In this document: piece after piece, positions 9,688 to 19,283 of the stretch | How the letters are laid out: every line of letters starts with the position of its first letter | Numbering within the stretch: the stretch's first letter is position 1 | Source of the DNA: a bacterium | Lineage (GTDB): Bacteria > CG2-30-53-67 | Direction: 5' to 3' | Assembly: GCA_919901565.1 (NCBI GenBank) | Contig: CAKKPE010000107.1 | Coordinates: 7,091-71,090, forward strand | Length of the DNA stretch: 64,000 nucleotides | Notes under the pieces: model-generated | Told to the model about the DNA's origin: nothing | The model's database searches: none | Seen by the model: the letters and a program-made list of their open reading frames with translations, nothing else | Position numbers and translations under genes: made by a program

Positions 9688-10134
9688 CTAAAAGGGGATG
9701 TCATCTTCAATTGTGGAGGCTCCGTCGGGCGCCTCATGTTCCGCTGCTGTATGATCAGAACCAGGACCTGAACCTGCACCTGCACCTGCACCTGCACCTG
9801 AACCGGGACCTCCCAGCATGATCATGTTCTCTGCCCGGATCTCGGTGGTATACCGCTTGTTCCCGTCCTTGTCTTCCCAGGACCGGGTGTTCAGCCTCCC
9901 TTCGATGTAGATCTGTTTCCCTTTGGTCAGATATTCTCCACAGATTTCACCGAGTTTGCCCCAAGCCACGAGATTGTGCCATTCTGTCCGTTCGTTTTTT
10001 TGTCCGTCCTTCCCGGTCCAGGTCTCATTGGTGGCCAGCGAAAAATTGGCCACGGCCGACCCATTCGCCGTATATCTGACCTCGGGGTTTTTCCCCAGTC
10101 TCCCTATCAGCTGCACCCTGTTTAAACTTTTCAT
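9688..10134 (-). CDS. ssb: Single-stranded DNA-binding protein
   Basis: [18 protein letters not shown]; Gly-Ala linker; C-terminal DDIPF. Confidence 0.97.
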   Translation of the reverse strand: MKSLNRVQLIGRLGKNPEVRYTANGSAVANFSLATNETWTGKDGQKNERTEWHNLVAWGKLGEICGEYLTKGKQIYIEGRLNTRSWEDKDGNKRYTTEIRAENMIMLGGPGSGAGAGAGAGSGPGSDHTAAEHEAPDGASTIEDDIPF

Positions 10135-10266
10135 GAACAACCCCTTTTTATTTTAAACCATAAAAGCAGGACAGAACATATGACTGTGAAGGACCATGTC
10201 GGGAATCAGGTTATCTTATAGCAGAAATTCTGAAAGGAAATCAAGGGGATTTTTTACTTAGTGTCT

Positions 10267-12114
10267 TCAGCTAAGACTGCTTTGAAGGACGACGAGCGCC
10301 TTGTCGTCCATTTTATTCTTTTCATAGTATTCCCGTTCCAGTTCCTCAAGGGTAAACCGGTCCAGGCCGCTATTTTCGAAGAAATCCTGCCTGAGCCGGG
10401 TATTCTGCTCGGCGATGATCTGCGGCAGGAGCTTTTCTGTATAATAGATCTCCTTGTTGAGGTTCAGTATGGCCTGGTTGAGGAGATAATCCAGAAGATT
10501 CTTGTTTACTTCCAGATAGACCGATAGTTCGGTGAAGAGTTGTCTTCGGATCGCTTCACGCTGTTGTTTAGAGTGGATCTTCGTGTAGACGTCCCGGATT
10601 CTTTCTTTTATGCTCTCATAGACCTTGAAATAAAGTTTCTGCTGCTCCTGGATCCCGGAAATGGCCTCAACCACATCTGCAAGGGTTTTGTCCCCGTTCT
10701 CGATGCACTGAACCCCTTCAGAGACGGCAAGGATCTTCTTCCTGCCGAAATGGGAGAGGTATTTGTTCTGTAACACGGAGAGGATAAAAAGTTCATGAAA
10801 GAGACTCGGATGGGTTTCATCAAATACCTTTTTATGCCCCAGGAGGCTTCTGAGCTTGTCCGTGGTCAGTTCGATCTCTTCGTTGAAGGCGAGCTGGTTG
10901 ATGATCATGTAGGTGGCGTCGTACCGGTCGAAATGTGTCACGATATATCCGAAGTTTTCCAAAGACCAGTCGTTCCCCTGTTTTTCTGAAAGTTCATCGC
11001 AGAGCCGGACGGTATCCATGAGGATGCCGTCGAATGTCGGATCCTGGAATTCCGTGGCTTTCTTTTTGGCCCAGAGAAGCTTTACAAGATCGTCTTTTGT
11101 AATCAGGCTCTCAATGCTCCCTTCCTTGATGAAAAGTCCCTCGAAGATCTCCCTGGTTTCCTGGATGTACTCGGGTTCGTCCACCTTCATCAGCTTTTTG
11201 TTTTTCAAGAGCAGGTCGTCCAGGATATTGGGAAGGACGATAGGGATATTTTTACGCACACAGAGGGTTCTCAGCCGGATTAGCCGGGCCTGCTGGGAAT
11301 GGCTGATTTCCTGTCTGCTCTCTCCTTCGATCAGTACATCCTTGTATTCATCGATCACCCGTTTGTTCTCAGGGTGTTTATAGATTACGTCGATCTTCAT
11401 CCGCTCCTGATCGTACTGATTGATCCGGTAATGAGATGCCAGGGCCTGGATTCTCTCCGCGTCCTTCGCGGAGAAGGACTTGTCCTTGTAGTAGATCTCT
11501 TTATACAGATTGTAGAAAGCCTCGTGGTGTTTGTTGACGATCCGGACCAGGAAGAAGAGATAACGGGAACGGTTCATCTCGGTAAGGATTTCCTGAATGA
11601 GACCCAGGTCGTCGCTCCGGCTCACAAAAGCAGAGCGTTTAAGGCGTTTTCCCATGCTTCGCAGGATATATTCCTGCTGCCGGCGGAACTCTTTGATCTC
11701 TTCGAAATAGACAAAGAAAAAATAATTGGTTATGGTGTTCCCTTCAAAGAAGATCTTTGCATAGTCTTCAAACCCGTTGCTTCGAGAAATAAAGTCAATA
11801 CCTTTATCCTCATCCGAGGCTACGGCGCCATACATGATCAGGCGGTTCAGGACCTCTTTTCGCATCAGATCTTCAATGGGCAGCTCCCCTCCGAACATGT
11901 ACTCACAAAAGCTCCCGCCGTTCCCTTTGTGTTGAAATCCATCGCGCGTAAGAATCAGTTCGTTGCCGAGAGAGAAGAACCGGGTATACGGTCCCCGCTG
12001 CGGATCCTTTCCCTCCTCGAAGAAATAGCGATGGCTGATATCATGACCGGCAATGGTCGTGAAGAACTCAATCTTATCAGATAGGGTGCCGTGTAGACGG
12101 ATGTCCTGGATCAT
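10267..12114 (-). CDS. TIGR04442-family protein (unknown function)
   Basis: 615 aa beginning DIRLHG with GNGGSFCEYMFG; family recognised from memory. Confidence 0.7.
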   Translation of the reverse strand: MIQDIRLHGTLSDKIEFFTTIAGHDISHRYFFEEGKDPQRGPYTRFFSLGNELILTRDGFQHKGNGGSFCEYMFGGELPIEDLMRKEVLNRLIMYGAVASDEDKGIDFISRSNGFEDYAKIFFEGNTITNYFFFVYFEEIKEFRRQQEYILRSMGKRLKRSAFVSRSDDLGLIQEILTEMNRSRYLFFLVRIVNKHHEAFYNLYKEIYYKDKSFSAKDAERIQALASHYRINQYDQERMKIDVIYKHPENKRVIDEYKDVLIEGESRQEISHSQQARLIRLRTLCVRKNIPIVLPNILDDLLLKNKKLMKVDEPEYIQETREIFEGLFIKEGSIESLITKDDLVKLLWAKKKATEFQDPTFDGILMDTVRLCDELSEKQGNDWSLENFGYIVTHFDRYDATYMIINQLAFNEEIELTTDKLRSLLGHKKVFDETHPSLFHELFILSVLQNKYLSHFGRKKILAVSEGVQCIENGDKTLADVVEAISGIQEQQKLYFKVYESIKERIRDVYTKIHSKQQREAIRRQLFTELSVYLEVNKNLLDYLLNQAILNLNKEIYYTEKLLPQIIAEQNTRLRQDFFENSGLDRFTLEELEREYYEKNKMDDKALVVLQSSLS

Positions 12115-12327
12115 GTGATTGAAGAAATTTCCCCGAATTTACAATAAGTTCCGTATGGTTTTATTTTATACAATCCGGCGCTTTCTGTAAAGAGGGAAAT
12201 TGAAAATGCAAAATATGTGCATTCCTCGTGGTTTGCAGCAAGCGGAGCGGGCTCAACGGGCATTCGTTGCACGTTCATGTCTCCCGAACTCCGCTGAATG
12301 ACTATCAAGGCTTGGGTTGTGCAATCC

Positions 12328-12873
12328 TTATTCTTTAAAAGCTCCAGGGTAGATGGCTTTCAGGTAGTTCAGGAGATATAAAGCCAGGGGTTGGGACCGG
12401 ATCAGGACCGAGGCCTCATTGTTGTACCGAAGAGCACTTTCCGTGAGATTGTGGCTCCCCATGATGACAACGGATCGGTCAATAATTACCAGTTTGATAT
12501 GCGTGGTTTTGTTCGGGTCATCATAAAAGACCTCAATGCCCGCATCTTTCAGGAGCAGGGCGGTTTTTTCATTGCTGCGATTAATCTCGTCTCTGTCCGA
12601 CCTTTCCAGAAGGACCCTGATTCGGACTCCGCGGTGTGCTGCGTTCCGGAGGGATGCGTGGATACGATGGGTATAACTTGTGGGGGACGATGATGTTTTA
12701 AACAAAAAACTTGAAATGATGATTTCCTGCCGGGCCTTGTCGATCTGTTCCTGGAGGACCCGGATGTATTCCTGGTTTACAAGAGGCTGAATCTCATCCC
12801 CTTTTGAAGACGCGGCCTCACTGCATCCCAGGCAAAACAGGATCATCAGGCAGATGGAAAAGGCTCTTCTCAT
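12328..12873 (-). CDS. Phospholipase D/nuclease-domain lipoprotein
   Basis: Single HKD motif (HIKLVIID), GSHN, NNE; lipobox CLGC. Confidence 0.85.
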   Translation of the reverse strand: MRRAFSICLMILFCLGCSEAASSKGDEIQPLVNQEYIRVLQEQIDKARQEIIISSFLFKTSSSPTSYTHRIHASLRNAAHRGVRIRVLLERSDRDEINRSNEKTALLLKDAGIEVFYDDPNKTTHIKLVIIDRSVVIMGSHNLTESALRYNNEASVLIRSQPLALYLLNYLKAIYPGAFKE

Positions 12874-12953
12874 GGATTGACCTCGTAGTTGACCCCGTTA
12901 CAACCCGGCCTCGCGTAGTTCCGTGATACCGGCGGGACAGGGAGCAACGGGAT

Positions 12954-14228
12954 TTATTGAACGGTCTCGCTCTGTATGGGTTTTATCTTCACCTTGAGAA
13001 TGCGGTGCCTCTCCAGTTTATGCGCTGAAATCAGGTATTGTCCGAAGGAGATAGCTTCGGCCTCCTTGGGAATCTTTCCAAAGATGTCCAGGAGAAATCC
13101 TGCAATGGTCTCATATTCTCCTTCCGGGAGCTTGATCCCCGTCTCTTCAACGACTTCGTCGAGGGTCAGACTTCCGTCCAGGATCATGGCCCCGCCTGGG
13201 AAACGTTCTATCTTTTTGGTTTCCTCGTCGTATTCGTCATGGATCTCTCCGGTGATCTCTTCGAGAAGGTCTTCCATGGTGACCAGTCCGGCTACCCCCC
13301 CGTATTCATCGGCAACGATGCTGATCTGTCGTTTTTCCTTTCGAAACTCATCGAGCAGATAGTCCACCCGCTTGGTCTCCGGTACATACGCTGGTTTTCG
13401 AAGGACTTTCTGAAGTTCAAATCCCCCGGGGGCAGACCAGTAAGGGATCAGATCTCTGACAAAAAGAAATCCGAGGATATTATCAATATGCCCCTGATAG
13501 ACGGGATAACGGGAATGGCCGGACTCTATAATGGTTTCCAGGATGGTTTCGTTTGAGTCATGGATATCGATAGCAACAATATCAGTTCTGGGAACCATGA
13601 CCTCCTTGACAATGGTCTTGCCGATTTCAAAGATTCCGTGGAGCATCTCCCCTTTTTCTTTTTGCAAAATTCCTTCTTCCTCCCCATAGGTGATGATAGA
13701 CCGGATTTCCTCCATGGAGATCCGGAAACCCATGGGTTTCCCCCGGAAGACCCCCTTCAGCAGGAAGTTGGAGATGAGGGTAGTCACGCTCACCAGGGGG
13801 GAGAGGATCACGGTCAGCCATTGGATAGGACGGGCGACCAGAAAAGAAACTTCCTCGGCATGGTGAGCGGACAGAATCTTGGGGGTGATCTCGGAAAAGA
13901 TCAGGAGGAGGAAGGTAATGATCAGTGTGGCGGACAGCATGGCGGCTTCTTTCCCGAAAGCTGGTTCGAGGAGATGGGAGGCTAGTGCACCGGCCAAAAC
14001 CGAGGCGGCAGAGTTTGCCAGGTTGTTCCCTACAAGGAGGGTCCCCAGAAGCCGGTCGGTCTTCTTCAAAAGATGCTCGACCAGAATGGCCTTCTTGTCT
14101 CCCCCCTGCACAAGGTGCCTCAGCCGGGTTTTTCGGAAGGAAGTCAGGGCCGTTTCAGAACCCGAGAAAAAGGCGGAAACGACGAGCAAAATCAGGATGA
14201 GGACTATAGAAAGTTGTGTTTCATTCAC
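12954..14228 (-). CDS. HlyC/CorC (CNNM, DUF21-CBS) family transporter
   Basis: SAFFSGSETAL, EITPK, VMVPRTD, HSRYPVY, DEYGG, CorC C-terminus. Confidence 0.92.
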   Translation of the reverse strand: MNETQLSIVLILILLVVSAFFSGSETALTSFRKTRLRHLVQGGDKKAILVEHLLKKTDRLLGTLLVGNNLANSAASVLAGALASHLLEPAFGKEAAMLSATLIITFLLLIFSEITPKILSAHHAEEVSFLVARPIQWLTVILSPLVSVTTLISNFLLKGVFRGKPMGFRISMEEIRSIITYGEEEGILQKEKGEMLHGIFEIGKTIVKEVMVPRTDIVAIDIHDSNETILETIIESGHSRYPVYQGHIDNILGFLFVRDLIPYWSAPGGFELQKVLRKPAYVPETKRVDYLLDEFRKEKRQISIVADEYGGVAGLVTMEDLLEEITGEIHDEYDEETKKIERFPGGAMILDGSLTLDEVVEETGIKLPEGEYETIAGFLLDIFGKIPKEAEAISFGQYLISAHKLERHRILKVKIKPIQSETVQ

Positions 14229-14252
14229 GCCGTGGAGTCTCCTGTTCCCGCT

Positions 14253-15689
14253 TTATCTTTCGAGGGGCCATTTATATGTGAAGAGCAAGGCGACCACGTC
14301 CCGTTCGGTCCGGGGGGGCGTCACAGCACCCTGCAGATCTCTCTTCTGTACGGTATGATTCCATGAAAGGGAACTTGAGAGGTTGCGGGTCATGGAGTAG
14401 CTGAAGCCGGTGCCGATTCGAAGGGTATGATAATTATCTTGTAAAGAGTCCGATTCATTTTTATTCTGGCTATAACGGCCGTTCAAAAAGGCGCTTAACC
14501 GGGCTGAGAGGCGGTGGTTATATTTGGCGCCGTAAGACCGGATGACCGATGTCCCCCCATAGGCGGCTCGTTGATTGGTACTCTGGTCGAATGACAGGGA
14601 GAGATCTGAACCCTGAAATGTCTTATCAACGGTGAGATTGTAAATCAATCCGGAACTTTTCTGCGAATCCTCGCTGACGGGTTTTATTGCTGCGCCGGGG
14701 ATGTTAATCAGTTTGCCGGTCAAGGCCACTGCAGGGAAGGGTTGAGGAATTGAATCTATGGTATAGTAGACAAGACTTCCGTCCGGAAGATCATGAGGGA
14801 CCTCCACTCCTCCTCCGGCTACAAGGGAGAGATTTTTTGTGATATCTTCTGTCTTTCTTGTGCCGATGTATAGGGAGGCATTCAGGGTGGATGAGAAGTG
14901 GTGCGTCCATCCGATATAGGCGGACTTGTTTTCAGACCGGTCAAACTCGGAGTTGAAAAAGAGTCCAAAAGATAAACTCCCGCTAAATGGATTATATCCT
15001 AAAGGGCTGTACAGTGCGTTTTGTTTTAACTCCAGATCGCTTCTTTCATAGTTAGAGGTGTTTGCGGAAATCGAGGTGAAGATGGTATTCAGGGGATCTA
15101 AAATATAGTTGAACGTGAAAGCCCCTTGTTTGCCGGAGGAGTCATATAGAGTAGGAATGGAATAACGGGACAAGGAGTCGGTAGCGCTCAGGCTGATGGA
15201 GGCCTTGGGTGAAAGGGAGTATTCCATGGATCCGGTCAGCGAATTGGAATCATTTCTGACTTTTTCCACGATGATGTCCGACGCTATATTGCTGTCCTCG
15301 CTTCTCAGGAGTCTATCCGAATCCTTCATACTGGCGAAACTGTCTGACAGAGATAAACGAAGGCGTTGTGTCAGGTTGTGCGAGGCATTCAGGGTGATGT
15401 AATGGTTGCCATAGTTATTCTCCGGGAGCGAAAAATATTCAAATCGGGTGGTCCGGTAGCTGAGATTCAGATCCGTGGCCGGTGATGTAGCATGAACGGG
15501 GAGTGTAATCGTGCCCTGATAGTTGAAGTCGCTTTGTTCATTGGATTGACTCCAATAGACATTATTATCGTATTCCAGGCCGAGCGAGGCAGTGGGGATG
15601 AAGGTGTAATTCCATTCAGCATGGGACTGAAAGGCCGTGGCCGTCTGGATCATGCAAAACAGGAATGACCAGAGAATTGTTTTTTTCAT
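14253..15689 (-). CDS. Outer-membrane beta-barrel protein (polysaccharide export-type barrel)
   Basis: Signal peptide MKKTILWSFLFC; EYDNNV; alternating aromatic strands; C-terminal FTYKW. Confidence 0.7.
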   Translation of the reverse strand: MKKTILWSFLFCMIQTATAFQSHAEWNYTFIPTASLGLEYDNNVYWSQSNEQSDFNYQGTITLPVHATSPATDLNLSYRTTRFEYFSLPENNYGNHYITLNASHNLTQRLRLSLSDSFASMKDSDRLLRSEDSNIASDIIVEKVRNDSNSLTGSMEYSLSPKASISLSATDSLSRYSIPTLYDSSGKQGAFTFNYILDPLNTIFTSISANTSNYERSDLELKQNALYSPLGYNPFSGSLSFGLFFNSEFDRSENKSAYIGWTHHFSSTLNASLYIGTRKTEDITKNLSLVAGGGVEVPHDLPDGSLVYYTIDSIPQPFPAVALTGKLINIPGAAIKPVSEDSQKSSGLIYNLTVDKTFQGSDLSLSFDQSTNQRAAYGGTSVIRSYGAKYNHRLSARLSAFLNGRYSQNKNESDSLQDNYHTLRIGTGFSYSMTRNLSSSLSWNHTVQKRDLQGAVTPPRTERDVVALLFTYKWPLER

Positions 15690-15710
15690 CGTTACCCCTT
15701 TTTGAGAATT

Positions 15711-15964
15711 TGGTTCATTCGTGTTTAAATTGAACCAGTCAGAAATCAGAATCAAAGATCAAAAACGGGCAAGACATAGTAGCACCCGATTACGAATGAC
15801 TCGGTAGATCTTCCCGTTCAATCGAAAGTCAATAAACTTGAGCCATAAAAAAGCCCGTCTCAGAACCCGTATTGGTATTCATTTTTAATTTTTACTTTGC
15901 CATTTTGATTTTTGATTCTTTATTTAATCTCTATCGCTGTTCAACTTTCTTGCGAAAGAACCCA
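15711..15964. repeat. Palindromic dispersed element family 1, copy A
   Basis: Ends ggttcattcgtgtttaaattgaac / gttcaactttcttgcgaaagaacc; aatcaaagatcaaaaa and ttttgatttttgattc arms. Confidence 0.85.
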
Positions 15965-15991
15965 AAATTTATCAGCAAAGCAGCTCTCTTA

Positions 15992-17068
15992 TTACTTTTG
16001 ACATGGGTCTTTCGCCGAGGCTTTCAGCCACCGTTCTGCCGGGAGATAAACCGCCCGCCTGGACATCGAGGACTGGTAGAGCCGGTTCATGAACCGCCAG
16101 GGGTCTCCTCTTGTGGTCCCCCGGATCACAAACCGGTGGGCCAGTGTGCCGAGCCACTGGAACAGGTATCGGTTCGAGAGCGATGTATAGAGTTGCTTTG
16201 CAAAGGCCTCTTTCCAGAGGGAATTATAGTCCGCTCCATATATGATGCTTCGGGCGGCCAGATATCCGGAGGTCAGTGCATACCGGATCCCGAAACCAAA
16301 GAGAAAATCCTGGAATCCTGCAGCCTCTCCCACGTAGAGCCGATGATGACGGGCAGCGTTACGGGCCGGAAAGTAGCTGCCGTAACCGGTAAACCGCCGC
16401 CCCCCCTCCATGGAAAATGGGCGGATCTTCTGGAAAACCTCGATGCTCCGGTCAAGGTAGTCAGGCCCGTTTTTAAAGTCTTTGAAATAAACGCTCGCCA
16501 GCGTCGCCTGCCCCTGCCGGACAAGAAGGTAGGCATATCCCCAGGGCGCTATCCGGTTGTCCAGGTAAGCCATGATGGTATCATCAAGATCGGTCTGGAA
16601 CAACACGCCGCTGGCCATGGTATTGGGCTTTCCGGGGCCGGTCGCGATGATGTCCCCCTGGTCCGGGTTCATCCGCTGGTTGAATAGAAGAGAGACCCCT
16701 GCCTCCCGGGCCTGTTTTTCCAATGAACGGTCCAGGCTCCCTTCCATGGGGCCCCGAAGGGTAAGGTAGAAGAGAGGCCTTTGTGAATTCACGGTCCCTC
16801 CGATACCTCCCCGCATAAAGAACTCTCCCCGCGTATAGGGCTGACAGAGGAAGTCGGTACGGATCGACATCCCCTGAAGCGCAGAAAGGAAGTCCTCGCC
16901 GGTGCTCCAGTTTTCAATTCCCTGGAAATCCCCGCGGAAACGCATTCCCACGTCCGGGTTCCTCTCGAATACCGTAACGCCATACCCCGCATGGGCCAGA
17001 TGCACGGCCGCGCACAGCCCTGCCGGGCCGGCCCCGATGATCCGGATCATTTTATTCGTTTTTTTCAT
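15992..17068 (-). CDS. NAD(P)/FAD-dependent oxidoreductase (geranylgeranyl reductase-like)
   Basis: IIGAGPAGL, GYAYL, VGEAAGFQDFLFGFGI. The start is uncertain (17068 or 17050). Confidence 0.8.
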   Translation of the reverse strand: MKKTNKMIRIIGAGPAGLCAAVHLAHAGYGVTVFERNPDVGMRFRGDFQGIENWSTGEDFLSALQGMSIRTDFLCQPYTRGEFFMRGGIGGTVNSQRPLFYLTLRGPMEGSLDRSLEKQAREAGVSLLFNQRMNPDQGDIIATGPGKPNTMASGVLFQTDLDDTIMAYLDNRIAPWGYAYLLVRQGQATLASVYFKDFKNGPDYLDRSIEVFQKIRPFSMEGGRRFTGYGSYFPARNAARHHRLYVGEAAGFQDFLFGFGIRYALTSGYLAARSIIYGADYNSLWKEAFAKQLYTSLSNRYLFQWLGTLAHRFVIRGTTRGDPWRFMNRLYQSSMSRRAVYLPAERWLKASAKDPCQK

Positions 17069-17376
17069 GTCCAATTTGAACCACGCAGAGATTGGGAATC
17101 AAAGTATTTCCTGCACGCATTAAGAATCAAAGATCAAAAATAAAAAATCAAAATGACAAATCAAAATATAAAAATTGTGCATCCCCTCTTGGAAAGCCTG
17201 CCCTGGATTCAAGACACAGGATCCCAAACAGGCAAGATGCCGAAACACCCCCTTGTATCGCACGGCATTAAACTCGAGTCATAAAAGTGTCCATCTCAGA
17301 ACCCGTCTTGATATTTTTTTTATTTTTACTCCGTTATTTTGATTTTTGATTCTTTATATTTAATTTTTTATAGCCG
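17062..17376. repeat. Palindromic dispersed element family 1, copy B
   Basis: Same arms and core (ggaaagcctgccctggattcaagacac; tctcagaacccgtcttgata). Confidence 0.85.
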
Positions 17377-19142
17377 TCGCTGTATTTGTTCGTAATCGGC
17401 AGCCTGCGTCCTGAGCCGAAGGCCCTGGGTGTAATACGGATGCCCGGGGCCGCCTGTTGGCGTTTGTACTCGTTTTTATCGATCATCCGTATGATCTTAT
17501 GAACGGTTTTCCTGTCATAACCGAGATCCACGATCTCTGAGGCGGATTCATCCAGTTCCACATAGGCGTGCAGGATTCCGTCCAGGATCTCATAGTCCGG
17601 AAGGGTATCCGAGTCCTTCTGTCCGGGAGAAAGCTCCGCCGAAGGAGGTTTGGTCAGGATTCGTTCCGGGATCACCGGTTTTTTGGCAAGGCTGTTTCTG
17701 TAGCGGGCGAGTTGATAGACCATGGTTTTGGGCACATCGGAAATCAGGGCCAGACCCCCGGCCATGTCTCCGTAGAGGGTGGCATAGCCCACTCCCACTT
17801 CGGATTTGTTCCCCGTGCTGATGACCAGGTAGCCGAACTTGTTGGACAGGGCCATGAGGATCATCCCTCGGATCCGTGCCTGGATGTTTTCTTCGGTGAC
17901 GTCTTTTTTCCTGCCCTTGAAGACACTGGAAAGTGTCGCCATAAAGGCGTCATGGATATCGTGGATCGGGATGAGCTTCAACGGGATGCCCAGGTTCCCG
18001 GCCAGAATTTTTGCATCCTCCACGCTTTCCATGGAGGAGATCCTGCTCGGCATGGAGACCCCGACCACATGATCGGCTCCAATGGCGTCCACGGCCAGGG
18101 TTGCCGTCAGGGCTGAGTCGATCCCACCGGAGATCCCGATGACGACTTTCTTGAAGTCGTTTTTCCGCGCATAATCCGATAGACCGAGCTTGAGCGCCGC
18201 ATAGACCTCTTCGTAGGGATGATAGTCTTCATGGGCCTCATGCAGCTGGAAGGGGTTCTCTCTGGTGCCGAGTTTCTTTTTGCATGCGCCTTTATCGGCG
18301 CAGCGGGTGATCCCCTTGGAAGATATGACCGTCAAAACCTTGCCGCTCATTTTGGCTTCTAACGCCCTCCGGCGGTTCCGGGGGTTTTTCAGCCGGTCGT
18401 GGCGGACATCCTCCAGGGCCAGGCCGGATACAATCAGGTCTTCCTCAAAGGCCTTGCCGAGGGATATCAGGTGTCCCTGCTGGTCGGCAACCATGCTCCT
18501 GCCGTCAAAGACCAGGTCGTCCTGGCCGCCGACCATGTTGTTGAACATCAGGATGACGAGGCTATCCTTGGCCCTCGCGGCGATCATCTCGCGTCTTATG
18601 CCCGCCTTGCCGGCATGAAAGGGCGATGCCGAGATGTTGACCACGAGTTCGGCTCCGTTCCGGGCCAGTTCCACGGCCGGTCCGTCCGGGAACCAGATGT
18701 CCTCACAGATTGTGACCCCGAAAAGGGCGCAGTCCAGATCAAACAGAAAACTTTGGGTCCCTTGCTGAAAATAGCGGTGCTCATCGAATACATCATAGTT
18801 CGGAAGAAAGATCTTGTGCTGGGTGCCGATCCATTTCCCGTCATGCAGGACAGCGGCGGCGTTGTAGAGATCATCCGTGTAGTCCACAAATCCCACAATC
18901 ACACAGATCCCTTTTGTCTCCGGAAGGAGCTTCAGCAGGCATTCCCGGTTCTGCCGGATAAAGCTCGGTTTCAACAAAAGATCCTTGGGCGGGTACCCGG
19001 TTACGGCCAGTTCCGGGAACGAGAGGATCTGAACTCCCTTTTTACGGGCAGCCCGAATCCACTGGATAATTTTTTTACAGTTTCCCTCCAGGTCCCCAAC
19101 CACCGGGTTGATCTGCGCCATTCCCACGCGGAGGCATCTCAT
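17334..19142 (-). CDS. nadE: Glutamine-dependent NAD+ synthetase
   Basis: Nitrilase domain (FPEL, ICEDIW); SGGIDS, ENIQARIRG, TGNKSE, PPSAEL. Confidence 0.96.
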   Translation of the reverse strand: MRCLRVGMAQINPVVGDLEGNCKKIIQWIRAARKKGVQILSFPELAVTGYPPKDLLLKPSFIRQNRECLLKLLPETKGICVIVGFVDYTDDLYNAAAVLHDGKWIGTQHKIFLPNYDVFDEHRYFQQGTQSFLFDLDCALFGVTICEDIWFPDGPAVELARNGAELVVNISASPFHAGKAGIRREMIAARAKDSLVILMFNNMVGGQDDLVFDGRSMVADQQGHLISLGKAFEEDLIVSGLALEDVRHDRLKNPRNRRRALEAKMSGKVLTVISSKGITRCADKGACKKKLGTRENPFQLHEAHEDYHPYEEVYAALKLGLSDYARKNDFKKVVIGISGGIDSALTATLAVDAIGADHVVGVSMPSRISSMESVEDAKILAGNLGIPLKLIPIHDIHDAFMATLSSVFKGRKKDVTEENIQARIRGMILMALSNKFGYLVISTGNKSEVGVGYATLYGDMAGGLALISDVPKTMVYQLARYRNSLAKKPVIPERILTKPPSAELSPGQKDSDTLPDYEILDGILHAYVELDESASEIVDLGYDRKTVHKIIRMIDKNEYKRQQAAPGIRITPRAFGSGRRLPITNKYSDGYKKLNIKNQKSK

Positions 19143-19283
19143 GGACCCGCTCCTTCCCTGAAAAAGATTATTTTGTTATATGGAGTCAGGCGTATCATAA
19201 AAAATAGAGTGAGAAAATTCAAGCGAATTCATACATCTCTGTCAAAACTCCTGCTGCGCAGCGTTTACTCACAAAAAACCTGA

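Noticed and set aside
9672-9797. QVQVQV N-terminal extension of Pfk and the ACCTGC hexamer repeat
   Set aside because: Alternate frame of the ordinary Gly-Ala linker of SSB; Pfk starts at 9671.
12238-12300. AGCGGAG...CTCCGCT stem between the PLD gene and the TIGR04442-like gene
   Set aside because: Single imperfect stem with no family match or second copy.
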